From Phyllobates terribilis (taxonomy: Eukaryota): a DNA stretch of 64,000 nucleotides. Positions 1 through 12,534 of the stretch are shown one piece after another. The position numbers and the translations under genes are program-made. The notes below the pieces were generated by a model. The model had not been told where the DNA came from. It saw only the letters and a program-made list of their open reading frames with translations, and did not search any database. How positions within the stretch are numbered: the stretch's first letter is position 1; each line of letters starts with the position of its first letter. The stretch lies in contig NW_027362765.1 in the NCBI RefSeq assembly GCF_046119375.1, forward strand, positions 361,956,001 through 362,020,000. Direction: 5' to 3'.

Positions 1-319
1 TGAGATTGTCACTGAGAAAGACTTGGGAGACAAACAGTGTAGAAAATGGAGAAACGTGAACATTTCTGGATCCTTCTCAGGAGACATTGAGGAATTGTAG
101 CTCCATATATAAAATGTATCATCCTCCAATCTTTTTCCCAGGGTTAAAAGCGGCACTGATTTCTTGTTAAGTGAGGAATAGATATTATTTTCTCTTTATA
201 ATGTGCTTCTATGTTACATTTGTAAATTCTACAGAGTGTTAGAAATAGATGTTCTGATAGAAGATATATACAGTATATTTATATTTTATTGTCTGGTGTG
301 GATTTACAGTGGACCCTAA

Positions 320-854
320 GGTTACTTTCCCACAATGAGCACTTGGTGAACTTTGATGTTGCAGATTTTCTGTAAGATTTCTCCACTTATTAGGTGACTT
401 TTGTTATTCATTGTGTTTGTGATTGCAATTGTTTGCATGCATTTGTTTATTGCATTTTTGACTCTTTTCTTTTTTTGTATGTCGTTATTTTAAATAAAGC
501 TGCTTTGTTTTTGATACTCCCTGCTATTTGGCTTTGGGAGAATTTTATTGATACCGTTACGTGCGGATTACAAGCGTTTCTAGTGCGTTTCTGCAGCATA
601 CGCATCTTTTTTACCTGCGGATTTTTCAGCATTTAATACAGTTCTATGGGGAATCCTTCACGTACGCGCAAGAGAAATTGACATTTTGCAAATTCTAAAA
701 TCTCACCGCAGGTCAGTTCACGCAGTGTTAAAAAAAAGCGCAAGGGGGGCAATAAAATTCTGTAAATCCTATTCACTTTGCTGGAACTATAAGATGCTGC
801 ACTTTTTTGCTCAGCGAAAAAACAGCATCAAAAACTCATTGTGGGAACGTGGCC
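320..854. mobile_element. PIF/Harbinger-type MITE
   Basis: About 20-bp imperfect TIRs: GGTTACTTTCCCACAATGAG versus the reverse complement of CTCATTGTGGGAACGTGGCC. Left flank TAA, right flank TAC (degenerate TWA TSD). No coding capacity. Confidence 0.6.
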
Positions 855-3385
855 TACAGGAACTTGTCACTTATTCACCACTGTCCTATCTGTTTTATTT
901 GCACTTTGTCACAGATTGGAGTTTGCGAGCAGCACCGCACTCCTGTAACTTCTGCACTATGTGTTACTATTTGATGTCTTTATTGTCTGCACACGTCCCC
1001 GCTTACTGTAAAGAGCTGCGGAATATGTTAGCGCTGTATAAATTAAATGGTTATTATTATTATACAGATTACCATATCTTGGCAGAGAACCATAGGGAAT
1101 GTTGGGAGTTGTAGTTTCCAGCAAGGTGCTATGCTTCCCATTCTCTTTGTGTAAATCCCATATACTGTGAGATACATGCATTCCCCATACAGTATAAGTT
1201 TAGTTCAAACCCAGCCTAAAACCCAGCCTAAAGTGAAGGACTTAGTATAGGTTCACACAATATTTTTGACACTGATTTTGACTCGGATCCTGCACGAAAT
1301 CCACATTAAAAACCGATCCGTCTGCTTGGAATCTGCAAAGTCTACTGCTCATGTAGCATTTACTTCAGCTCGTTTTTTTTAAGAAGTGTCAGAAAAAGCG
1401 TCATGTGTCCATTCTATGGGGTGTTTTTCATGCAACCCGAGTGTCTTGCTATGGTTTTTAATTGCAACTATTTAATGCTTTTTTTGTGATGATTTTATAG
1501 TGGTAACGCCCAATATTACTACACCCCATATTACCAATCAATGTGAAAACACATTGAATGTTATACTGAAAAAAAAAATACAACAAAAAAAACACATTAA
1601 AACATCAAAAAAATACTTGTGTTCTTAGAAAACCTCGTGTCTTTTAGATGTTTTATTCATCCAGAAAAATCTACAACTAAAAAGCCTGCGTGAACAAAAC
1701 GTCGCCGATACTGTGCCATGACACTTGTCCGTAGACCCTAGAGCTTGGTCATTATAGAGAGGGTCCCTACTAGCCTGAGACCCCTCTATAAACCAGAGAT
1801 CTGATTGGTCCTTCCCCATAAAGGGTTAACCAGGTGAGCACAATCTGTTCTCTTCTAGAACCGGTTCCTGACATTGGAGATCTGACCCGCTGCTCACATC
1901 ACTGATTCAGGAGCGGAGATCTTATCAGTGGCGCTCGGGAAACTATGACCCAGTGTTCATTGCATGTAGTGTGGGAAAGGACACAATAGATCATCATGGC
2001 TGATACGGTTTATTTATGAGCCACCGCAATAAAACGTGCATCTGTTATAATAATCTTATCTCCGATCCTGCAAAGGAGAAACAAGGTGCATCCTCACCGG
2101 GAGGGATCCTGCAGGTGGGGCCCCTGTACGGCCGCATGAAGATGGTGAACTATGTGATCGCATTCAGGACAGGTGCGCATCCTGCAACTGCAACCAACAG
2201 CCCCACATCACTGCTGATGAGTACACCATGCTTTATACTGCCATTTGTGGCTTCTTATCATTGGCTTCACTGCAAGAGAAGAGTGAATTGATTCTATTGA
2301 ATTGTATGAAATTTGCAGGTCGTAACTAATTCAGTCAATTTGTGATTCAAGTTGAATGAATCACCCCCCCCCCCAAAAAAATAAGCCCAACACCTTTTTA
2401 ACATTGCATTAGTCACAGAAGGCTCTCATGACCTCAGGTGCGACCGTGCGGGCTTTCCCATAATGCCTTGCAGCTATCACATTACATAGTATAGAGCAAC
2501 CAAGCAGGAGGTGCTATCACAGCCTGTATAAAAGCCAAGGCAAGGAATACAGCAGCCATTTTAGGTTGGTTTAGGATAGTGAAACGACATCACTGCTCTC
2601 AGGTCAGCAACAAAAATGGGAAGACAAGTACTCCAGACAGAAATGGGTTGAGCAAATGCAACACTGGAGAAAATGAGTGTAATAGTTTGCGAATAAAACA
2701 GAAATTCAATTATTAGGGGGATAAATATTGCAGAGGTGCCAGCAGCAGCAGTGCCAGACTAATCAGTGATACGGAGGAGCTGTATCTGTCCTATGGCATT
2801 TAATTTACTATTACACATTTTTTTCTTCATTCTTAATGCACTAGAAAGCAGCAGCAAAACATCGCTATAGGTATTACAAAAAAGAAAATCTGAAATCATT
2901 GCCAGTCAGAGAGCGTGTTCTTACTTGCGATAAGGGACCGTGCTAAGCTTTTTTTTTGCATTGATTGTGCAATTATTTTTGTGAAGGGGGGGAATAATTG
3001 TTTTTTAAAAATACAAAAAAAAAATTCCCCAAAATCCAGACATTTATCTGCGACTGTTCACCTCACAAACAATACGTGTTGCAAACAATTTTTTTTTTTT
3101 TTTGCATGTTTTACTTTTTACATTTTATATCCATACACGACACAACTACCTAGCGCTTCTTATTTTGACATTTTGGAAAAAAGTGGGATCAATTAAAAAA
3201 AAAAAATAGAAAAAAAAACTGTTTAAAAAATTTGAAAAGTTTGTTGAAGCTGGAAAATTTTAATTTTAAAAGATTCAATCATTTCTAGTAATGGGAAGTT
3301 ACTTTCATAAAGGGCGACTGATGCACAGAAGGAATATGCAACTGCCCATTGAAATAACGTATGAGTTGTCCCTGTAGTGATACCA

Positions 3386-4148
3386 GGGTTCGCTCACATC
3401 TTAGTATAAAAAATCGTTCCAACGTTCATCCCAAAAAAGTTGGACGAGTGCTCTGCGAGTGTGCGATTTTTTTCTTGCCTAGAATCCGTATGAAATCTGT
3501 ATGCAAAACGTTTTTACCATCATCTTTTACATACTATAAAGTACTATAATGCTCTATGCAACTTAAAGCTAGTTTACAAAACTAATAACACAATCTTATA
3601 TATAGATACAGACAGATAATATATAGATAGATAGACGTCATGCACATATATAATTTCACAACCCCCCTATATATTATAAACTTGCACCTTTAGTGCTATT
3701 CAGCTTTTTGGCTTGTATAAACTAATAAATCAATAAAACAATGATGTGGGGTCCACTTATGAAACAAGCAAAGGTAAAGCAGACAGCTGTGAGCTGATAT
3801 TATCAGGCTGGGAAGGTCCCTCGTCATTGAGCCCTTCCCAGCCTAAAAATACCAGCTGCCCCAGAAGTGGCGCATCACATGAGATGGCGCTTCTCCTTCA
3901 CTCTTCCCGATTGACCTGCTGCGGTGGCAATCGGAGTAATGGTAATTGGGGATGATGTCAGCTGTGAATTGTCCAAAAACACAGCTGACATCAAACTTCG
4001 GTGTTAGTAATGGAGAGGGGTCTATCACACACCCCCATTAACAACACATTCACCAAAGAACTTTAGTTAAAAAAAACATCAATTTATTTAGAAAAAAAAA
4101 CATGCAGATCTGTCGTAATCCGATTTATACACTAATGTGAGTGAGGCC
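3386..4148. mobile_element. Harbinger-type MITE (diverged)
   Basis: Termini GGGTTCGCTCACAT and ATGTGAGTGAGGCC are imperfect inverted repeats; TTA follows the right end. Confidence 0.5.
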
Positions 4149-4217
4149 TTACACTGTGGCAAAAGTGGTAAAAGAGCAAAATATTAACACATTCAAAGCC
4201 ACGCCAATCTTAGCCTG

Positions 4218-4408
4218 GGGTGACGTTCACACGGTCAGTATTTGGTCAGTATTTTACATCAGTATTTGTAAGCCAAAACCAGGATTGAGTGATAATACAG
4301 AAGTGGTGACGTGTTTCTATTATACTTTTCCTCTGATTGTTCCACTCCTGGTTTTGGCTTATAAATACTGATGTAAAATACCGACCAAATACTGAACATG
4401 ATGAACCC
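4218..4408. mobile_element. Short palindromic MITE
   Basis: About 50-bp near-perfect inverted arms: CAGTATTTGGTCAGTATTTTACATCAGTATTTGTAAGCCAAAACCAGGA versus TCCTGGTTTTGGCTTATAAATACTGATGTAAAATACCGACCAAATACTG. Confidence 0.65.
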
Positions 4409-4481
4409 AGCAATAAAAAAAAAAATTATATATACAACATCACATTTATTTGGCTATAGCTAGAAACAAATAAAAAATGAA

Positions 4482-4640
4482 GGTAATAAGAGCCTGTAAG
4501 GCTCGAAACGCTTAGACCCGGTGTCCACCATGCTATTTTATATTATTTTAATTTTTTCTTTGTTTTTAGCCATATCCAAATAAATGTGATGTTTTATATA
4601 TATATGATAAAAAAATTCCGGTTGCTGGATTTTTCCACTA
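4482..4640 (+). mobile_element. Probable Penelope-like pLTR fragment with a degenerate hammerhead motif
   Basis: Stem GAGCC-TGTAA-GGCTC immediately followed by GAAACGC, then an AT-rich tail containing AATAAA. The upstream hammerhead core is degenerate. Confidence 0.4.
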
Positions 4641-4659
4641 TATCTTCCATGGAGGACAT

Positions 4660-5260
4660 TATACCAGCATGGGGGACATTGTGATAGCATGGGGCACAGG
4701 ATGGGGGGCATTATTACTGGAAGGGCAAGGATGGGGAAGAGTATTACAGGAAGGGGCGAGGACAGGGGACATTATTACAGGAAGGAGCCAGGACAGGGGA
4801 CATTATTACTGGAAGGGGCCAAGGATGGGGGACATCCCAAGAAGGGGCCCAGGATGGGGGACATTACAGGAAGGGGCCCAGGATGGGGGACATTACAGGA
4901 AGGGGCCCAGGATGGGAGACATTACAGGAAGGGACAAGGATGGGGAAGATTATTACAGGAAGGGGTGAGGACAGGGGACATTATTACAGGAAGGAGCCAG
5001 GACAGTGGACATTATTACTGGAAGGGGCCAAGGATGGGGGACATCCCAGGAAGGGGCCCAGGATGAGGGACATTGCAGGAAGGGGCCCAGGATGGGGAAC
5101 ATTGCAGAAAGGGCCCCAGTATGGGGGACATTACAGGAAGGGGACCAGGATGGGAGACATTACAGGAAGGGGCAAGGATGGGGAAGATTATTACAGGAAG
5201 GGGCGAGGACAGGGGACATTATTACAGGAAGGGGCCAGGACAGGGGACATCATTACATGG
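4660..5260. repeat. G-rich minisatellite, about 20-21-bp units (GGGGACATTATTACAGGAAGGGGCCAGGAT-like)
   Basis: Directly visible tandem units. It explains the overlapping repetitive ORFs at 4669-5291. Confidence 0.9.
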
Positions 5261-6787
5261 GGGTGAACACGTAAGTCTTTATAGGATTTAGAGCCCCACA
5301 AGAGCAAATGCATCTGATTAACATTCAGGTTACCGGGTCTCATCTGACTCTAGTTACGGCACTATGTGCATGACTGAGATCATTAATGTGTCAGGAAACC
5401 GAGAGCAGTGGATACAATGTATCAAGGCCTCTGTTTACTAATATTGCAGCAGCGATAGTCAAGGAGTTCAGGTTTTTTATGTTTTATTCCCATTTCCAGC
5501 GATGGCGTCCTACCCTTGATGTCATGGCGTGCAGATTGCTCTTTTGTATCATGTTCTATCTTCTAGAAAACGTTCTGCGCCATTCTCATTCTACGATATC
5601 CTAATGTCACAATTAAGGCTGATTATTGTACGGTTGGTAATAATCCTTGAGATTTCCTCGGATTTCGTCTTGCCCATTAGTGATTGTTTTGCGACCGTCC
5701 TCCCTATTAATGGTGTAAAGCGCTCGCTCCATCTCCAGCCGGGAAGAAACGATCCTCTAATAGAAATTCATTTCTGATGATATTCGTTAATCATTGTAAA
5801 CTCTACTTTATGTTCCATGGGGGAGATAAGCAGTGGCTTCATTCCTGCACGTCGCTCCGGATTATTGATAGGGGAAATTATGATTAAGAATCCTTCACGT
5901 AAAGCAGGTGAATGTGGATGAAGGATCAGTCGTTATGGATCCATTAGACTAATTACTATTACAGGACGCTGAGCCGTAAAGTCAGACTAATGTGAACATA
6001 GCACAGCCGATCATCACTGCACCAGCTACAAAGATACAGTATGTCTATTTGTATCTAAAAGAATCCATGTTGTCTTGCAACATTTGACTTCATCTTATGG
6101 ATGCATGTAATACAAGAGACTGCCTCTCCTGGCTACACAGACTTATTTTGCTGGACCATCCTTTGTGCATTGAGATGTTTGGGAGGTAGAGTATGATCGC
6201 ACTGATTCCTCCTAATCTCGCCCAGCATCAAAGCAGCGCTCACAATCTACAGCGCAGCGGTGGTCGGTCTCCTCGGCAACGAGCTGTAAACAAAAGAAAA
6301 AAGTGTTAATATCTCTTGAACGGCTGCAAGTTTTAATAAGCCGCAAATTGCAAAAATATTTGTTTTTACAAGCTCCATTCAACAATAGCCATCTATGAAG
6401 ATGGAAATAACCCTTTATATTACTTCCTGCATTCTCCAGTCACACCCAAAGCTGCAATGTGACTTGTACTGGTTGACAAATGGAATCTGTCAGCTTTGTG
6501 CTGATGAGTGAACCCTCAAATGAGACGTGATCCCTGCATCGTGCAAAGGAAACATAATCATCTATGAATGTAGGTCCCAATGTGACTGCAGAATACCAAC
6601 TTCCAGGGGATCCAAAGTCCCCTCTGCCACATCAGAGCGAACCAGCATCACAAAGGAGCGTGGGACACAGGCAGAGACCCTCACATATTTCTTGATATGT
6701 GATTTGCTGAAAGTCAGGATAAAGCTTTCTGCATAACCGCATGTAAAGTGTTAATTGTCAGATTTAAATTTGCTTCATCTGTAACTT

Positions 6788-7828
6788 CTGCCAGCATTCT
6801 GGGACCTGTGGTCCTCCTCCTACCTGCCAGCATCCTGGGACTTGTGGTCCTCCTACCTGCCAGCATCCTGGGACTTGTGGTCCTCCTCCTACCTGCCAGC
6901 ATCCTGGGACTTGTGGTCCTCCTCCTACCTGCCAGCATCCTGGGACTTGTGGTCCTCCTACCTGCCAGCATCCTGGGACTTGTGGTCCTCCTCCTACCTG
7001 CCAGCATCCTTGGACTTGTGGTCCTCCTCCTACCTGCCAGCATCCTTGGACTTGTGGTCCTCCTCCTACCTGCCAGCATCCTGGGACTTGTGGTCCTCCT
7101 CCTACCTGCCAGCATCCTGGGACTTGTGGTCCTCCTCCTACCTGCCAGCATCCTGGGACTTGTGGTCCTCCTCCTACCTGCCAGCATCCTGAGACTTGTG
7201 GTCCTCCGCCTACCAGCCAGCATTCTGCGACCTGTGGTCCTCCTCCTACCTGCCAGCATCCTGGGACTTGTGGTCCTCCGCCTACCAGCCAGCATTCTGC
7301 GACCTGTGGTCCTCCTCCTACCTGCCAGCATCCTGAGACTTGGGGTGCAGCCTCCTCCTACCTGCCAGCTTATCTGCCTCTTACCTGTCCTCCTCTTACC
7401 TGTCAGTGGTCTTCATCCTCCCTGCCAGCATCCTGGAACTTGTGGCTCACCTACTGCCAGCTAGTATCCTGGAACTTGTGGTCCTCCTGCTCCCTGCCAG
7501 CATCCTGGAACTTGTGGTCCTCCTCCAGCCTGCCAGCATCCTGGAACTTGTGGTCCTCCTCCTGCCTGCCAGCACCCTGGGACTTGTGGTCCTCCTCTTA
7601 CCTGCCAGTTTACCTGCCTCTTATCTGTCCTGCTCTTACCTGCCAGTGGTCTTCATACTCCCTTCCAGCATCCTGGGACTTCTGGTCCTCCTGCTCCCTG
7701 CCAGCATCCTGGACTTGTGGTACTCCTCCAGTCTGCCAGCATCTTGGGACTTGTGGTACTCCTCCTGTCTGCCAGCATCCTGGCACTTGTGGTCCTCCTC
7801 CTGCCTGCCAGCATCCTGGGACTTGTAA
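6788..7828. repeat. 36-bp minisatellite (CCTGCCAGCATCCTGGGACTTGTGGTCCTCCTCCTA) with 33-bp variants
   Basis: Homogeneous copies on the left, degenerating towards the right. Unit lengths are multiples of 3, giving the PASILGLVVLLL and MLAGRRRTTSPR repeat ORFs. Confidence 0.95.
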
Positions 7829-8729
7829 CCCTCTGTAAGGGTGTGACAGGGGCCACTCATGCGCTTCACGCCTCTTTAATAAAATGAGCACACTTTCCAT
7901 TAGTAATGGGGATATTGCTATATACTGTATATATATTGATGTAAGGTTTTATGATTATTAACGCTGTGAATGATTTAAATGTATTTGACTGACAGTGATA
8001 TTTTATTGACATTGTATTACATGATTAGATAGAGACAGTGTAAGAATAAGGAGATAATATATTGGTTATAGGGAGTTCAGCGCATGCTGTTAGAGGGTAG
8101 TAACGGTGAAGTTTGCCCAGCAACCAAAGGAGAGTTGGTGATTGGTCTAGCTCCAGTGTGGGAGGGGCTTAGTTAATGTGTTTAGGGGATTTCCCAGTTG
8201 GGAGGGGCGTAGTTGAGACAAGAGACAGAGTTGACAATTGGCTGCGTGACAGGAAGAAGTGGTGCGGCCATCTTGGCGGCAGTTGGAAGTTACTAGTGAG
8301 ATGTAGGAAAGGCAGATAAAGCCAGAGGGCCCAGAAAAGTATGGAAAGCACGAGATAGTGGGGTACAACATGCGGACGGCCGTCACTTCATTTAGCGGTA
8401 TCTCCTGGAAAATCTGGGGCCTACTGCCCGAATCAGGTATGGATATGGGTACCTCTTTGATCTCCCAAAAAGGGGAGCCGGATGAGAGACCGACACAGTA
8501 GAGTGGGCCAGGAGGAATGGGAGCTGTAGAGCCAGGAAGAGCATCTCGGGAGCCAGAAGGCCCAGAAACGAACAGGAGAGCTCAGGCTGACAAAATTGAC
8601 TCTTGCCGTACTGTAACTGCCATAGAAACTGTGAACTTGTTGATGGACATGGAATCTGTCATTCAATGTGTGCAGGCATTTGGATTCAGGACCGTGGTAC
8701 CCGTCGAGACTTCCAGCGCAACAGTGAGT

Positions 8730-9200
8730 GTGACGTCAGCGGTCGCGTGTCCTGTCACATGACTAAATGACGTCATGGCAAGTCCTCACACCACCGTGAC
8801 CCATACAACAGACCGGATACATCGCTGAGGAGACCGGGGTCCATCAGAAGGTAAGTATAATCTGTATTTTAAATTCTTTTTGTAACAGGTTCTATGGTAC
8901 CCGGGTCTGGAGGAGAGTCTCCTCTTCTCCAAACCCGGGTACCATCCGCACATAGAAACGCATAATATCCGTGTGTACAAATGTATTGACACGGATATTA
9001 AGCGATTCAATGCAAGTCAATGGCGGCAATTACGCTGCGTGTCTACAAAATTAATGGACATGCGCGTATTTTTCCGCAATGATAATCCGCAGCGGAAATT
9101 TCCGCAGCATGTGCACAGTACATGCAGATTATCATTGGGGACCATGGGGCACGTATTACCAAGCGCTTTTTAAGCATTTTCGCTGCGGAAATTCCGCGCA
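8730..9200 (-). mobile_element. Partial inverted copy of the Harbinger MITE family at 22436-23246
   Basis: GACGTCAGCGGTCGCGTG..TCACATGACTAAATGACGTCA and CCATCAGAAGGTAAGTAT match the reverse complement of about 22800-22930. Confidence 0.7.
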
Positions 9201-9949
9201 GACACCTCTCCAGTAGTGTTGAGTGAGCACTAAAATGCTCGGGTGCTCAAAGCTCAGGCCAAGCTCACCGTGATACTCGGGTGCTCGACCCGAGCAACGA
9301 GCCCAATGTTAGTCTATGGGAGACCCGACCATTTTTGAGGCGGCACCCCCGGCAGTCTGTAGAAAGCCTAAAAAGTGGCCAAAACTATAGTGACAGCGCT
9401 CAAAAGACTTGGGGACAGCATGGGGATCGCCCCAGGAAGCATTTCTGACCCCCAGGTCACTGCTGTCAACAACGTGGTCAGAGGTATTAAGCCACTTTTA
9501 CGGGCTTACAATAAAACATTCAAAAATGAAACTGAAACAGTTTTCCTGTGAAATATTTTAAGGAACATCCTTTCTAGGGTAAAGACTTGTGCATAAGGTA
9601 AAATAAATAACCAAAAACAAAAATACTCCTCCACACCTTGGGCTATGTTCACAAGTAGCATTTTTTATGCGTTTTTGCACTTTTGTATTGCTTTCAACCG
9701 TGACAAATGCATTCACCAGGAAATGTAATTTTAACATTTTACAATCTTATCTGGCCATGTGCTGTGTGACACATGCATACAGTGCTGAAAAGACATGGGA
9801 ACAGCATGGGGAAGACCCCTGGAAGCATCTCTGACTCCCAGGTCACTGCCTAAAAGTGTGCCCATCAGAAGTGATCCTTGCCCCATCAGAAGATGCAGAC
9901 TTGCCCTGTCCTTGTCCCAGGGCAGTGTTCAATTGTACCTCCCCCATTC

Positions 9950-10862
9950 CTTGCAATGCAAGCGCAAGCATGCAGCCTGCCACTCACCCACCCGCAGGCT
10001 GCAATACTATACTGCTAGCTTGCACTTGAAATGGGTCCTTTTAGTTTGGAGGAGGCCAAAGCTGGCCACTACCTCATGGCTGCTTTGGCAGCAAGGTATC
10101 CATACTCAGTCCCCAGCCGCCCGGCGGGCGGGTGTCCACGCCCGGTCCCCAGCCGCCAGGGGGCGGCCGGGTGTCCATACTCGGTCCCCAGCCACCCCGC
10201 GGCCGGGTGTCCACACACGGTCCCCAGCCGCCCCTATTTCTCCTTGGAAGTTCCCCCAAACTTTTCTTAGCCTGACCTGCTTTAGGGCAGCATTGGACGA
10301 GCCCACCACAGAACCAGACTCCTCCAGTGGGCCCTGGCTTCTCCATCAGGGGAGTTGAGAGTGCCAAGGTGAGGAGCATGATGATGATTATAGGAGTTAG
10401 CGTCTGCTTTGTTTTCTTGGAATGCAAGCGTAAGTGTGCAACCTGCCACCCACCCAACCCCAGGCTGCAATACCATACTGCTAGCTTGCACTTTCAATGG
10501 GGCCTTTTAGTTTGAAGGAGGCCGAAGCTGGCCACTACCTCATGGCTGCTTTGGCAGCGAGGTATCCATACTCAGTCGCCAGCCGCCCCGCGGCCGGATG
10601 TCCACACACGGTCCCCAGCCGCCTGGGGGCAGTCGGGTGTCCATAAACGGTCACCAGCCGCCCCTATTTCTCCTTGGAAGTTCCCCCACACTTTTCTTAG
10701 CCCGGCCTGCTTTAGGGCATCATTGGACGAGCCCACCAGAGAACCAGACTCCTCCGGTGGGCCCTGGCTTCTCCATCAGGGGAGTTGAGAGTGCCAAAGT
10801 GAGGAGCATGATGATGATGATAGAAGTTAGCATCTGCTTTGTTTTCTTGGAATGCAAGCGCA
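9950..10862. repeat. Two tandem copies of an about 0.45-kb unit inside the hAT element
   Basis: Segment GGCTGCAATAC..GCTAGCTTGCAC..GCTGGCCACTACCTCATGGCTGC..GTTTTCTTGGAATGCAAGCG occurs at about 9950-10430 and 10430-10862. Confidence 0.85.
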
Positions 10863-11465
10863 TGTATGTAGTAGCGGCTAGGCCTGAGGTCGTCAGCGTT
10901 TTGGCGCATATCCTACCTCCTCTGAGGATTGCTGGATGTTTTCCTGCTACTATCCCAGTTCTATGACTCCCGTTAAAACAAAGCTTCAGGTGATGAATGA
11001 TGGATGAGGTAGTGGCAAAGGAGAAAGAGCATGAGGAACAGGGACCATTCACATCAATATCAGGCCAGTCAACCACACATGTCTTGTAGGATATGTTTCT
11101 GTACCAAAAGGAGCGGTTCGGCTACACAGTTATAGGGCATACAGTAAGTGAGGAGCATGATGGCATACCAAAAATGCCTACCAAAAATTTCAAGGCACTC
11201 CAATGCCCCTTGGAAGTGACATGGAGGTCGGAGGGCCTTAACTAAACCATTTTTTCCATTTATAGCAACTGGGTCTCCTGTACACTGTTGGCCTAAGCAG
11301 TGAATGGAAGGCTTTCCAAAAATTATGAGGAACTGCAATGCCCCTTGAAACAGACGTGGATTACAGCATACTAAAAACCTTCTACCCAGTATTGGGGAGT
11401 GGGTCTCCCTTAGTGTTCGCCTATGCATTGAAAAGCAAAAGCTGACTAAAATTAGGAGGAAATGC

Positions 11466-11995
11466 AATGCCGGTTGGAAGAATGGTGGAGGTCGCAGTGG
11501 AATAAAAAGACAATATCAATGCCCCTAGGAAAAGTGGTGGAGGTCGCAGTAGCATAACAAGACGGTTTTAATGCCCCTTGGAAAAGTGGTGGAGGTCGCA
11601 GTAGCTTAACAAGATGGTTTTAATGCCCCTTGGAAGAATGGTGGAGGTCGCAGTAGCTTAACAAGACGGTTTTAATGCCCCTGGGAAAAGTGGTGGAGGT
11701 CGCAGTGGAATAAAAAGACAATATCAATGCCCCTTGGAAGAATGGTGGAGGCCGCAGTAGCTTAACAAGATGGTTTTATTGCCCCTTGGAAGAATGATGG
11801 AGGTTGCAGTAGCTTAACAAGAAGGTTTTAATGCCCCTGGGAAAAGTGGTGGAGGTCGCAGTAGCTTAACAAGACGGTTTTAATGCCCCTTGGAAGAGAC
11901 GTGGAGGTCGCAGTGGAATAAAAAGACAATATCAATGCCCCTGGGAAAAGTGGTGGAGGTCGCAGTAGCTTAACAAGACGGTTTTCATGCCCCTT
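11466..11995. repeat. 52-bp tandem array (10 full copies plus 1 partial) inside the hAT element
   Basis: Units start at 11466, 11518, 11570, 11622, 11674, 11726, 11778, 11830, 11882, 11934 and 11986, with core AATGCCCC..GGAA..GTGGAGGTCGCAGT. Confidence 0.95.
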
Positions 11996-12534
11996 ACAAG
12001 AGCCATGCAGTACAGCATATTAAAAACATTATTCCCATTATTGGGGAGTGGGTCTCCCATTGTTAGAACTCTCCTGTTAGGTTTTTTCTAGTTTGCTGGT
12101 CACATGACCTTTTTGGCCTATTTAATCCTGCTCCGCCCTCCTGACCTTGCTGGACTTCATTGTAATTTCTACTCTTGAGCTAGCTTGGTGCTCTGTTACC
12201 TTTCTCAGTCAGTTTTGCTAGGTCTTCGGACCTCTATGTTCTATGTTGCTTGTTTGTCTTGTTTCTGCTACAATTTCTGCTAGGAGGTGTCCATCTTTCT
12301 CCCAGTCCCTAGTTCTTGTAGGGATCCCTTCCTCACATCTATAGGTCTTCGTTCAGACTAGCCGAGGACTTTAGCGGGTCTGATCACAGGATCAGGTTCC
12401 CCGTTACATCGTAGGGATCCAGCTTAGTTCTATTGTAGGGACAGTTCTCCTGTCTTTCCTTAGTGCTTGTAGCAGATCATAACAGTAAGTCCAGCCCAAA
12501 AAATTTCTCTAAGGAAAGACCTCCAGTTTCCATC

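Noticed and set aside
2-100. Open frame EIVTEKDLGDKQCRKWRNVNISGSFSGDIEEL* at the window start
   Set aside because: It could be a terminal exon, but it is too short and not recognisable, and the upstream context is missing.
2098-2269. Minus-strand segment with good acceptor and donor sites
   Set aside because: It has stops in all three frames and cannot be supported as a coding exon without transcript data.
4669-5291. Multiple overlapping Gly/Arg-rich ORFs
   Set aside because: These are translations of a G-rich minisatellite.
6714-7900. Long ORFs on both strands (Leu-rich and Arg-rich repeats)
   Set aside because: They are a by-product of a stop-free 36/33-bp minisatellite, with no splice or start context.
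10074-11076. Signal-peptide-like IIIIMLLTLALSTPL frames on the minus strand
   Set aside because: They lie in a tandemly duplicated hAT-internal unit, derive partly from an ATG/CAT triplet run, and have no downstream domain.
11466-11995. Regularly spaced repeats resembling a CRISPR array
   Set aside because: The intervening segments are only two recurring variants rather than unique spacers, there are no cas genes, and the context is a eukaryotic hAT.
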